Part shown: piece after piece, positions 1-8,428 of the stretch
Numbering within the stretch: position 1 is the stretch's first letter
Layout of the letters: every line of letters starts with the position of its first letter
Origin: a virus
IMG/VR virus record: IMGVR_UViG_3300027667_000003
Coordinates: 7,606-71,605 of that record
DNA: 64,000 nt
Strand: one strand, 5' to 3'
Translations under genes and position numbers: made by a program
Notes under the pieces: model-generated
Told to the model about the DNA's origin: nothing
What the model saw: the letters and a program-made list of their open reading frames with translations, nothing else
Database searches by the model: none

Positions 1-2
1 GC

Positions 3-113
3 TATATGGGCTGCAATCGCAAGCTGGGGCGCATAGACAACATCCCTTGGCTCGAAGCCATCCTTGCCTATCTGCGGTCCTGGCCGGCGAAACAGATTGA
101 AATCAAAAGGTGA
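3..113 (+). CDS. 3' fragment of a gene entering from the left edge, possibly endonuclease VII-like
   Basis: Manual translation YMGCNRKLGRIDNIPWLEAILAYLRSWPAKQIEIKR*; CNxxLG resembles the EndoVII/HNH C-terminal motif; partial. Confidence 0.3.
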   Translation, partial: YMGCNRKLGRIDNIPWLEAILAYLRSWPAKQIEIKR

Positions 114-116
114 ATA

Positions 117-284
117 GTGATTAAAATAGACGAAGAATTCAAATGCGATAGATGCGGTAAACCTATTACTGGCGTATATGGGAGCATCGGTGGGAATATT
201 GTGCCTTTCATACTAGCCAAATGCTACCACATGACTTGCATCCCAACAGTGTCAGAATTGCTACATTCAACAGAAATCAAATAA
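117..284 (+). CDS. small Cys/His-rich hypothetical protein (55 aa)
   Basis: Manual translation from GTG: MIKIDEEFKCDRCGKPITG...KCYHMTC; CxxC plus C/H residues. Confidence 0.55.
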   Translation: MIKIDEEFKCDRCGKPITGVYGSIGGNIVPFILAKCYHMTCIPTVSELLHSTEIK

Positions 285-353
285 CTATTGATTCTTCTTC
301 AAGTAAGTATTGATTAGCATGCCCGTACTGGAACACCCTTTAGGAGAACTCTA

Positions 354-1163
354 TTGAGTAGCACACCTACCCCCAAACCCACAGAAACATTGGTTCAAGA
401 GATCGAACACGGTGTCGCCGCCGGTGCCAAACGGATTGGTCTTTGGCTTGATCCCGCACACATCATTTTAGTCATTATGCTAGCCTTCGCGCTGTTAGGA
501 GGTGTTTATTTTTTCGAATCCAAGCGAGCCGATGTGGCCGAGGCAAAAGCCGAAGTCGCCACCCAGGTTTTAAAGGTGGCCCAGGAGGCCGCAGCATCCA
601 GCGCAGTCCAGAATGCGGTACAGCAAGAGCAGTCTAAAGCTGTCGAAGCGGCTATGGCCGCAGCCAACCAGCAGCTTATTACGGCTAACTCCCAACTCCA
701 AAACGCGAACAAGCAATTAACCAATCAACTGCTCACGCAACAGAAAACAGATGCTACGCTTCCGCCGTCCGGGCAAGCGCAGCGCTGGCAGCAATTAGTA
801 CCTCAAGCAACTGTATCTGTTACACCCTCGGGATTCTCAGTGGATCCGGTGGGCGGCTTGGCAACAATTCAAGCTTTGGAAGAGATTCCCGTGGATCGTC
901 AGACAATCGCAAACCTAACAAGCGAGGTGTCGAATGACCAAAAAACCATTGCTAATGATGCAGTTTCGCTTACCGCAGAAAAAATCGCCCATGCGAGTGA
1001 CGTTGCGAATGATCAAAAACAATTAGTTGCATCACAGGATGAAACAAAAAAAGTTAAAGATGATTTTACTGTGTATAAACACAAGGCGAGAAAAAACATT
1101 ATCAAAGCTTTCTTCATCGGTGTAGTTGTGGGGGTGATAGGTGGGCACGCTGCGGGTATCTGA
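354..1163 (+). CDS. membrane-anchored Ala/Gln-rich coiled-coil protein
   Basis: AGGAG RBS before TTG; hydrophobic segments IILVIMLAFALLGGVYFF and IIKAFFIGVVVGVIGG flank a long heptad-like region. Confidence 0.75.
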   Translation: MSSTPTPKPTETLVQEIEHGVAAGAKRIGLWLDPAHIILVIMLAFALLGGVYFFESKRADVAEAKAEVATQVLKVAQEAAASSAVQNAVQQEQSKAVEAAMAAANQQLITANSQLQNANKQLTNQLLTQQKTDATLPPSGQAQRWQQLVPQATVSVTPSGFSVDPVGGLATIQALEEIPVDRQTIANLTSEVSNDQKTIANDAVSLTAEKIAHASDVANDQKQLVASQDETKKVKDDFTVYKHKARKNIIKAFFIGVVVGVIGGHAAGI

Positions 1164-1443
1164 AGTTCCACCGCCCGAGCAGCGACTTTGTAAAATACAT
1201 GGACGCCCAGTACAACCCTCAGCTTGGCGAAGTAGGCATCGCAACACCGGCTGTTCTAAATGCGGAAATACAAGACCCAGTTATTTAAAGATAAAGCATA
1301 GGTATGAAACAGGCGAACAAGCAAAAGCACTGGATAGACAACACAAATCTAAAAAAAGTTTTCAACACGATCCTTTAAAGTTTATCCGCAAACAGATGAT
1401 TGTGCCTTTAAAAAGAATTCGAGGAGTCCTGAATGGCATTTGA
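1141..1443 (+). CDS. hypothetical basic protein with CKIHG and CSKC Zn-binding motifs
   Basis: ORF overlaps both neighbours; CxxH and CxxC motifs. Confidence 0.55.
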   Translation: MGTLRVSEVPPPEQRLCKIHGRPVQPSAWRSRHRNTGCSKCGNTRPSYLKIKHRYETGEQAKALDRQHKSKKSFQHDPLKFIRKQMIVPLKRIRGVLNGI

Positions 1444-2275
1444 AACCGAGCTTCAGGTAGTTCAGAAAAGATTTAAGAAAATCATTGTAGATGTTGATCG
1501 GCCCGTTTCAGATTTTCCCGAACTCGATGTAATCGTGCCGGACAGTTGGAAACAGATTCAACTCGCTCCTCTTTATGATGTCCACTTCGGCAATGAAGAG
1601 CAGGATGAAAAACTTCTTGCCAAGCATCTAAAATGGATTGCTGAAACCCCTGACGTATTGACATGGAATGGCGGCGATATGATCGAGAATATCACGCCGG
1701 CCCAAGGTAAAATGGGCCATACAAAACTAGCTCCACAAGATCAGTTGGATTTAGCGATAACATCGTTGGCCCCAATTCGACATAAGATGCTATTCAGTCT
1801 GCCGGGTAATCATGAAGCTCGAACATATCAAACTGCGCAGGTTAGCGCCGGAAAGATCATAGCCGATAGTTTACAACTGCCTTATTTTAGAGATTATTGC
1901 TTCATGACAATTCGATGGAGAGAACAGGTATTTAGAATTCTCGCACATCACGGAGCCGGCGCTGCGCAAACACCCGGCGCTCAACTCAATTCGGCTCGTA
2001 AAGATTTGGCTTGGACAACAGCTGATATCATTTGGACGGGGCATTTACACCAGAACAGGTTGGATGTGGTTTATCGTGTAGACTATGATCAGAGAGACGG
2101 ACGGGCATTCGAAAGAGACACTCTTGTAATCATTTCTCCATCTTACCTCAATTATTTCGGCGGATACGCCGCAGCGGTACGTTTGGCTCCCGGTGTACGC
2201 GGACTGAGTGTGGCTACCTTAAATCCTGACGGGCGTATAGATGCGAACATTCACGCTCGCGGAAAGAGGCTCTAA
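1433..2275 (+). CDS. calcineurin-like metallophosphoesterase
   Basis: Motifs DVHFG, GDMIEN, GNHE, AHHG, GHLH in the canonical order. Confidence 0.85.
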   Translation: MAFETELQVVQKRFKKIIVDVDRPVSDFPELDVIVPDSWKQIQLAPLYDVHFGNEEQDEKLLAKHLKWIAETPDVLTWNGGDMIENITPAQGKMGHTKLAPQDQLDLAITSLAPIRHKMLFSLPGNHEARTYQTAQVSAGKIIADSLQLPYFRDYCFMTIRWREQVFRILAHHGAGAAQTPGAQLNSARKDLAWTTADIIWTGHLHQNRLDVVYRVDYDQRDGRAFERDTLVIISPSYLNYFGGYAAAVRLAPGVRGLSVATLNPDGRIDANIHARGKRL

Positions 2276-2451
2276 TGAAAGCAACAGCAAAATTATATTT
2301 TCGAAAAAGCAAAACGGCGGCTGAACGCATCAAAGTTAACGGAGCTATAAATGTTTCTGCCGCACTAAAAGATTTAGCAATTTTGATCGGTGATACGACA
2401 GCAACCCGAACAGAAATTGTTATTACAGTTCCGCGCCGACGATCGAGCTAA
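2275..2451 (+). CDS. small hypothetical protein (58 aa)
   Basis: Manual translation MKATAKLYFRKSKTAAERIKVNG...; TAATG overlaps with genes on both sides. Confidence 0.65.
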   Translation: MKATAKLYFRKSKTAAERIKVNGAINVSAALKDLAILIGDTTATRTEIVITVPRRRSS

Positions 2452-2813
2452 TGCTGAAGACGATCCTTCTTCTCATCTCGATAGCGATGACAGTGGGAAT
2501 CTATACTCCGCTTTGGCGACGTGTGCTGAAAAGAAAACACACGCGGGATTTTAGCAAGATGTCACAATGGTTTATTACGCTTTGTCAGATGAACGGATTT
2601 ATTCTGGCGACAGCTGAACATGCACATTTTCTTCAAGCATGGTATGTTTTGCAAACAGCTTTATGTTTTACACAGATGTATTTCATTTATCATTACTGGG
2701 ATACTCTCCCGCCAATCATGAGGACTAATGAGCCTACTTCTGGGATTCGGCAACAAAGCGCGGCACGGGAAGGACGGTGCGGCTGCGGCGATTCTTTCAC
2801 ACGTCCAAGATAA
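2451..2813 (+). CDS. PQ-loop / SemiSWEET-like small membrane protein
   Basis: Three hydrophobic segments in the first 85 aa; YTPLWRRVLKRKHTRDFS resembles the PQ-loop consensus P(Q)xxKxxKxKSTxDxS. Confidence 0.5.
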   Translation: MLKTILLLISIAMTVGIYTPLWRRVLKRKHTRDFSKMSQWFITLCQMNGFILATAEHAHFLQAWYVLQTALCFTQMYFIYHYWDTLPPIMRTNEPTSGIRQQSAAREGRCGCGDSFTRPR

Positions 2814-3309
2814 GAACGAACGTCTCGCACATTACTATAATCAACCGGCCCCGATTCGGGCTCAACAATTTCGATTTGCCGAAGCTTTGTATGAAGAATG
2901 CCGAACGCTTCACGGTATGACTGAGAAAGATGCACCTCTACTTCAAAAAGTGGGCGCGGATCGTCGCGCAGAGAATCAGAACTATTGGATTGATAAAGTA
3001 ATGATTCAAGTGGATGCATTTTTCAAGAAATTTCCCAAAGGAGTCGCCATTATAACGGATGTTCGCTATAAAAACGAGGCCGCCACTATTAAAAGTAAGA
3101 GCGGTTATTTGATTAATGTCACAAGGTTGAATGAAGACGGAACGCCTTTCGTCGCTCCGGACCGTCCGGCCGACCATCCTTCGGAGGTAGAACTTGATGA
3201 ATACAACTGGAACTATTACATCCGAACTAAAGATGGAGAGCAAGCGCTCGCGGCAGAATATGCCGTTACGCTCTATGAATTTTTGCGGGGACTCCATGAC
3301 GCCTATTAA
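2728..3309 (+). CDS. deoxynucleoside monophosphate kinase
   Basis: N-terminal P-loop variant GFGNKARHGKD, IITDVRYKNE, HPSE; typical phage dNMP kinase pattern. Confidence 0.85.
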   Translation: MSLLLGFGNKARHGKDGAAAAILSHVQDKNERLAHYYNQPAPIRAQQFRFAEALYEECRTLHGMTEKDAPLLQKVGADRRAENQNYWIDKVMIQVDAFFKKFPKGVAIITDVRYKNEAATIKSKSGYLINVTRLNEDGTPFVAPDRPADHPSEVELDEYNWNYYIRTKDGEQALAAEYAVTLYEFLRGLHDAY

Positions 3310-3862
3310 AGACGGACCGGATGTTAGCCGGGCTTGGATCCAAACGGTCAGCGGAGGCCAGTTTCATATATTGGATCCCCGGCAGGATGAGATTCACATA
3401 ACAGATATCGGCCACGCGTTGGCTCAGATGTGCCGTTTCACCGGCCATGTACGCAGGTTCTATTCGGTAGCCGAGCATTGTGTATTGGCTTCTCAGATTG
3501 TACCCGCTCAGGATGCATTGTGGGCTTTGCTCCATGATGCTTCAGAAGCTTATATTGCAGATCTCAATCGTCCGTTAAAGCATTTCACTGCGGTTGGACC
3601 TACATATTTGGAAACTGAAAAGAAGATTATGGATGCTATCTGTGTAAAGTTCCGTATTAGTCCTGATCAACCGGCCAGCGTTCATAAAGCGGACACCGCT
3701 ATGCTCTACGCGGAGAAAGATCAACTGATGCCTCCTATGATTTGGGAAACAAAGTGGGGTAACGATCAACAACCCGCAGACATTAAGGTTCGCTGTTGGT
3801 CGCCTGAGATTGCTAAGGTCGAATATCTTCACCGGTACTATGAACTTACAAAACAACTTTAA
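3296..3862 (+). CDS. HD-domain phosphohydrolase (YfbR/YfdR-like 5'-deoxynucleotidase)
   Basis: DIGHALAQMCRFTGH, YSVAEHCV, LLHDASEAYIAD; start moved to ATG 3296 overlapping the upstream gene end. Confidence 0.85.
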   Translation: MTPIKDGPDVSRAWIQTVSGGQFHILDPRQDEIHITDIGHALAQMCRFTGHVRRFYSVAEHCVLASQIVPAQDALWALLHDASEAYIADLNRPLKHFTAVGPTYLETEKKIMDAICVKFRISPDQPASVHKADTAMLYAEKDQLMPPMIWETKWGNDQQPADIKVRCWSPEIAKVEYLHRYYELTKQL

Positions 3863-3874
3863 AGGAGAATTAAA

Positions 3875-4240
3875 TTGAGTATATTAGACAGTCAGTTTAG
3901 AACCGTAACTTGTAATGCGCCCTCTTGCAAAAATACAGTAACCTTCCAGCAAGCTCAAGATCAGATCGCGGTTAAAGAAGCGATGGAAGCTAACGCTTGG
4001 CTTAAAACGACTCGCCTAGTTCAGCAAATTTATGGAGGTCGTAATTTCTGCTATTGCTCTGATGCTTGCGAGTTAGAAGGGGTTGCAGCTAACTATCATA
4101 ACCCAGACGAACCTAAGAAGATCATTGCCACGCCAGCCGGCGCAGGCCAGATTGCTCAGGCTGCCGAAGCCGCGAAGAGAGCGGAAGAGGCAACAAAGGC
4201 TTTGAAGGCAGGCGGTCCGGTTACAGTTCACGGAGCTTAA
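3875..4240 (+). CDS. hypothetical protein with two Cys clusters
   Basis: AAGGAG RBS, TTG start; CNAPSC and CYCSDAC. Confidence 0.7.
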   Translation: MSILDSQFRTVTCNAPSCKNTVTFQQAQDQIAVKEAMEANAWLKTTRLVQQIYGGRNFCYCSDACELEGVAANYHNPDEPKKIIATPAGAGQIAQAAEAAKRAEEATKALKAGGPVTVHGA

Positions 4241-4250
4241 AGGAGAAAAT

Positions 4251-4469
4251 ATGCATCGAGAATTTCAAACCTTTCGATTGAATTCGGAAGGCATTTCTAA
4301 AGCTGAAATGGTAGCTACAGTATTTGATGATCTTTTAACAGAACTTGAGACTATCGCCGGAGAATTGGCGACGAGTCGAGAGATGTCAATTGTGCGTACC
4401 AAGTTGGAAGAGGCGGCATTCTTTTCTAAAAAAGCAGTAGCAAGTAATCCGCGCAATCAATTAGTCTGA
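4251..4469 (+). CDS. Acb2/Tad1-like helical hairpin protein (candidate cyclic-nucleotide sponge)
   Basis: AAGGAG RBS; C-terminal REMSIVRTKLEEAAFFSKKAVA resembles the RExSxAxTKLEEAxMWxxxAI motif of Acb2/Tad1-related phage proteins. Confidence 0.6.
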   Translation: MHREFQTFRLNSEGISKAEMVATVFDDLLTELETIAGELATSREMSIVRTKLEEAAFFSKKAVASNPRNQLV

Positions 4470-4477
4470 GAGAGCCG

Positions 4478-4807
4478 ATGACAGATTATATGGTTCGTTT
4501 CAAAGCCCACATTATACCCGCTCTGAAGCCCGAGGATTGGCCCAACCCCATCCTCACGGATTCTTTTTTCTCTGTTGATAGTTTTAAAGTCTTAGCAGAT
4601 GCAGTAAACAACAATATGAAGTTTTTTATCCGACAGGGCGGGATAATATTTTTGAAAGAAGCTCACCATCATTTAGGTGAAAATATTGAAACAATGAATC
4701 TTCGGGTATATGTGCCTATGCATATGATCTCTCACATCGAACAAGAAACAACGAAAATGATGGGTATCATGCCTGATCCGGAAGGCGAGGAGACAGTGTT
4801 CCAATGA
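4478..4807 (+). CDS. hypothetical protein
   Basis: 109-aa ORF coupled to the next gene by an ATGA overlap. Confidence 0.7.
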   Translation: MTDYMVRFKAHIIPALKPEDWPNPILTDSFFSVDSFKVLADAVNNNMKFFIRQGGIIFLKEAHHHLGENIETMNLRVYVPMHMISHIEQETTKMMGIMPDPEGEETVFQ

Positions 4808-5529
4808 TCTTATTAGGCGCAGATTTTGAGACGACAGGTCTTTCTCCGGATGCAGATCGTATCATCGAAGTAGGTGCTCTTCTCTATTCAACCGGCCAAA
4901 AGAAGTGTTTGGAATCCTCCGGTTATTTGGTGAAGTCAGATGTTCTAGTTCCTGAACTCATAACCAAACTTACAGGAATCACACAAGCCGCGGTCGATAA
5001 GTTTGGCTACGGCTCACGAGACGCACTTGAGGCCCTTTTGGATCTTATGGTTCAGGCCGATGCTATTGTGGGGCAGAACATCATTCAGTTTGATAAACGT
5101 TTCTTGGAACGCTGGGCACAAAGAGAAGGATTGGCAATTCCTAATAAGCTTTGGATTGACACACGCACCGATCTTCCGGGAGTTGATTCAAAACATTTAG
5201 GATACATGGCTGCGGACGCGGGGTTTTTGAATATGTTTCCACACTCGGCATTAGCGGATGTACAGACAGTGATCAAGCTGGTTGGAATGCATGATATCAA
5301 TAAAGTTGTTGAACGAGCCCAGAGTCCTACAGTTGTTTTGTTGGCTCATCAAAGAATCGAAGATAATAGTTTAGCAAAGGCAAGAAAATTCCTTTGGAAT
5401 CCCGATTACAAAGTGTGGTGGCGCGTCACGAAGCAAATGGATATTGATGAACTTGTGAAGGAAGCGCCTTTCAACATTTCAATTGCACCTCCGGAAATCC
5501 TCATTACAAAACTCTGGTATGGCAATTAA
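4804..5529 (+). CDS. DnaQ-like DEDDh 3'-5' exonuclease
   Basis: ExoI ADFETTG, ExoII GQNIIQFDKRFL, ExoIII HSALADV. Confidence 0.9.
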   Translation: MILLGADFETTGLSPDADRIIEVGALLYSTGQKKCLESSGYLVKSDVLVPELITKLTGITQAAVDKFGYGSRDALEALLDLMVQADAIVGQNIIQFDKRFLERWAQREGLAIPNKLWIDTRTDLPGVDSKHLGYMAADAGFLNMFPHSALADVQTVIKLVGMHDINKVVERAQSPTVVLLAHQRIEDNSLAKARKFLWNPDYKVWWRVTKQMDIDELVKEAPFNISIAPPEILITKLWYGN

Positions 5530-5533
5530 AAAG

Positions 5534-5613
5534 CTTGTCTCGGTCTAACGCATAGATATCTGCGGTAGGAGACAAGAGGTGCGCGGGGTACCTCGGAGAG
5601 ATCCAAAACCCCG
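5534..5613 (+). ncRNA. candidate structured intergenic RNA (two hairpins) upstream of the SSB-like gene
   Basis: CTTGTCTC(5534-41)/GAGACAAG(5569-76) enclosing CTA/TAG and CGCA/TGCG; CGGGGT(5584-89)/ACCCCG(5608-13) enclosing GGA-GAGA-TCC (GNRA loop). Confidence 0.35.
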
Positions 5614-5645
5614 ATTAATCTGAATAAAACCAATAAAGGAGAAAT

Positions 5646-6296
5646 ATGATAGTTCAAGATAGTTCAAAAAACTTCGAGAATCCGGAAACTGGTCGATTCA
5701 ATGGAACAATCATCGATATAGTAGATCTCGGAATAAAGAAGAACCGATTCGGCGAAGAAAAAGTTCGCATGCGAATCATTTGGGTATTAGACAAGAACGA
5801 CTCTCAAGGAGCGCCTTTTCGTGTGATGCGTGAAGTTAATGCAACGATCGCCGACAAGCCTAAGAAGTCGAACTTGTATGAAATTGTTGAACAGGTCACA
5901 GGGCGTGCGCCTTCTGTCCCGTTTGACTCTGAAGTTTTGATCGGTCGCTCTAACGAGTTGACTATTGTGAGAGAAGCAGATGCAGCAACTGGAAAGGTGT
6001 ATGCCAATATCAAGGTCATCATGCCTCTTCCAGCCGGTGTTGTTCCGCCTCAGGCTCCGGCCGGCTTCGTCCGCGCCGAAGTCAAGAAAGCAATGCAAGC
6101 TGCACAAGCTGGAGCGCCCCGCGTAGCCGCGGCCAATACCACGGGTTCAACGCCGACGGCGCAACCTACGGTTCAGGGACAAGCGGTCGCCCCTGCACAG
6201 CCCGCAGTCGCAGCACAGCCCAACCAGGCTGCACAGCCGGCGACCCCGGCACAACCCGCGCCTGCAACTCAGCCCGCGGTTGACGCTGCGTTCTAA
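5646..6296 (+). CDS. single-stranded DNA-binding protein-like phage protein
   Basis: NFENPETGRFNGTIIDIVDLG beta-rich N-terminus, Pro/Ala/Gln-rich tail ending in Phe, position before primase and polymerase. Confidence 0.55.
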   Translation: MIVQDSSKNFENPETGRFNGTIIDIVDLGIKKNRFGEEKVRMRIIWVLDKNDSQGAPFRVMREVNATIADKPKKSNLYEIVEQVTGRAPSVPFDSEVLIGRSNELTIVREADAATGKVYANIKVIMPLPAGVVPPQAPAGFVRAEVKKAMQAAQAGAPRVAAANTTGSTPTAQPTVQGQAVAPAQPAVAAQPNQAAQPATPAQPAPATQPAVDAAF

Positions 6297-6324
6297 AGAG
6301 AAGGGAAAGCCGCTGGATCTAGGC

Positions 6325-6353
6325 TTGACAGGCGTGGAGAGACACGCAATCAT
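6325..6353 (+). promoter_or_regulatory. sigma70-like promoter upstream of the primase gene
   Basis: TTGACA, 17-nt spacer, AATCAT; the spacer folds as GCGTG-GAGAGA-CACGC. Confidence 0.4.
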
Positions 6354-6367
6354 TTTAGGAGAACAGC

Positions 6368-8428
6368 TTGGGTTTCTATAAAGAATTGGCAACCCCTTTA
6401 GCTGAACGTGGAATTCCCACGGTACCTCTCCGCCCAAAAACAAAAATCGCTTTCATGGATGGTTGGAATAATCTAGCCACCACTGATTTAGCACAGATCG
6501 AACTTTGGGATAGTCTGTACCCAGATGCAAATTGCGGTTCCGTTGCCAAAGCGGAATTCGGCGCTGTTTGGTTCTTCGAGTTCGATGGGCCGGATGTTGC
6601 GCAACGCGTATTCGCCGACACTAAGCAAAAACTTCCCGATACTTTTATGGTCCGATCCTCTCCGGGTCGCGGCCACATTTATTTCCGGCAGAACGCCGCC
6701 AGTCTTGCGATGGGTAATATTGCGCAAGGCTTTGTAAAGAATGGCGATTGGTCGGCCCGCGTCAGTAATCAATATGTTGTGTCACCCGGCAGTCTCCACC
6801 CCCGCACCGGCCTACCTTACGAAATACGATCCCTAGCTCCAATTGTTGAAGCACCTCAATGGTTTATCGATTGGTGTATCTCTCAAAAAGTTGAAAAGAA
6901 AAAATTAATACTGGCGGATAGTACTGAGCCCATCTCGGAGCATGCTCGCAATGATACCTTAACTTCTATCGGCGGGGGTTTGCGTCATAAAGGTTTGATT
7001 CACGGTGAAATATTAGCTGCTTTGTTGCGCATCAATGAAGAGCGCTGTTACCCACCCTTACCGGAATCTGAAGTTCAAACAATTGCAGCGTCAGTTAGTC
7101 GCTATGAAGTAGGCAAATCTAATGTGGTTCTTGTGGGTGGCAAAGTAGCCGGCTCAACTTCGGAATCCCCACCCCAACAAATGGCTTTGGCAACCGAGGA
7201 AGAAATTACCGAAATAACAGCCATTCCTTATCCTAAACCGATCGGCGGTTGGGATTGGATCATGCGTGGCACCTCTGTATATGAAGGTTTGGTCAAGCCT
7301 TTCTGTGATGTCAATTCACGCTATCCTGAGTTCATGTTTATGCCCGCCATCACTCTTATGCTGAATTATCTAGGAACTAAGATATATGTGAAAGACAAGA
7401 ATCTTATTCCTTCAATTTTCATGGTATCAATCGGCCGCGCCGGTCGTGTAATCAAATCATCCTGTGTTCAGGATGCTATAGCTTACTTCGAATATATGGG
7501 CTGCGTAGGACACGGCGAACAATCTGTGAATAACGCAAATGGGCGATCTCTTGTGTTCACACCCGCTTCACCGGAGGGTTTAGGCAAGGAATTAAATAGA
7601 ATGAACTGCAAAAATGGAGTTCTTTTCTACGATGAACTTTCGACACTCACCAATAAAGCTGGCATCGATGGGAGCACGCTCACATCTACTCTTCTTACAC
7701 TTTATGAGTCCGGCAAATTTCAAAATATGGTTAAGTCCGCTAAAGACAGTTATTCACTTTTACCAGGCACCTACGTCGCATCCTTGATTGCATGTTCAAC
7801 CGATAAAAATTTCGCAATGAATTGGAGCAAATTAGCCGGCAAATCTACCGGACTTAATGATAGATTTTTCTTTCTTTACCAACCTGAGATTTTGAAAGAC
7901 ATCACAGATTATATACATGTAAACACCCAAGAAGGTTCAGCAAAAACACGTCAACTTATTGATAAAGCTCTTGAGAAAAAAGTTTATGAAATTACAAACA
8001 AATCTCCTCTAAATGTTTTTAGAAAAGAAAATGAAAATGAAAATCGAGCAGCTATAAGGGCAGAAAAGCTAGCGTTGTATTTTGCAGTCGATTTAGGACT
8101 CGATGAGATAGATGATGAGTGCATCGAGAGAGCCTTGGCCCTTATAGATTATGAAATGAAAGTTAAGAAATACTTGAAAGTCTACGAAGCCGCCACCCGC
8201 GAAGGCAGCCTTCAAATGGAAGTTCTTTATCAGTTGCAAAAATCGGGTGGATCACTCCCTATGCGAGAACTATATCGACTACTCCATCCGGAGCGTTTTG
8301 GAACCAGTCTTTGGAATAGCGTATACATTGGGCTTTTAAAGGCCGGCTGGTGTCGTGAAGAGGGTAGTGGAACCAGAGGTGATCCGAAAAAATTAATATT
8401 ATTGAGAGCCCCCGAAGATGAAGATTAA
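6368..8428 (+). CDS. bifunctional primase-polymerase (Prim-Pol + PriCT) fused to a DUF3987-like C-terminal domain
   Basis: PTVPLRPKTKIAF, VRSSPGRGHIYF, QYVVSPGSLH, PriCT RNDTLTSIGGGLR...CYPPLPESEV, C-terminal SPEGL...LFYDELS. Confidence 0.85.
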   Translation: MGFYKELATPLAERGIPTVPLRPKTKIAFMDGWNNLATTDLAQIELWDSLYPDANCGSVAKAEFGAVWFFEFDGPDVAQRVFADTKQKLPDTFMVRSSPGRGHIYFRQNAASLAMGNIAQGFVKNGDWSARVSNQYVVSPGSLHPRTGLPYEIRSLAPIVEAPQWFIDWCISQKVEKKKLILADSTEPISEHARNDTLTSIGGGLRHKGLIHGEILAALLRINEERCYPPLPESEVQTIAASVSRYEVGKSNVVLVGGKVAGSTSESPPQQMALATEEEITEITAIPYPKPIGGWDWIMRGTSVYEGLVKPFCDVNSRYPEFMFMPAITLMLNYLGTKIYVKDKNLIPSIFMVSIGRAGRVIKSSCVQDAIAYFEYMGCVGHGEQSVNNANGRSLVFTPASPEGLGKELNRMNCKNGVLFYDELSTLTNKAGIDGSTLTSTLLTLYESGKFQNMVKSAKDSYSLLPGTYVASLIACSTDKNFAMNWSKLAGKSTGLNDRFFFLYQPEILKDITDYIHVNTQEGSAKTRQLIDKALEKKVYEITNKSPLNVFRKENENENRAAIRAEKLALYFAVDLGLDEIDDECIERALALIDYEMKVKKYLKVYEAATREGSLQMEVLYQLQKSGGSLPMRELYRLLHPERFGTSLWNSVYIGLLKAGWCREEGSGTRGDPKKLILLRAPEDED

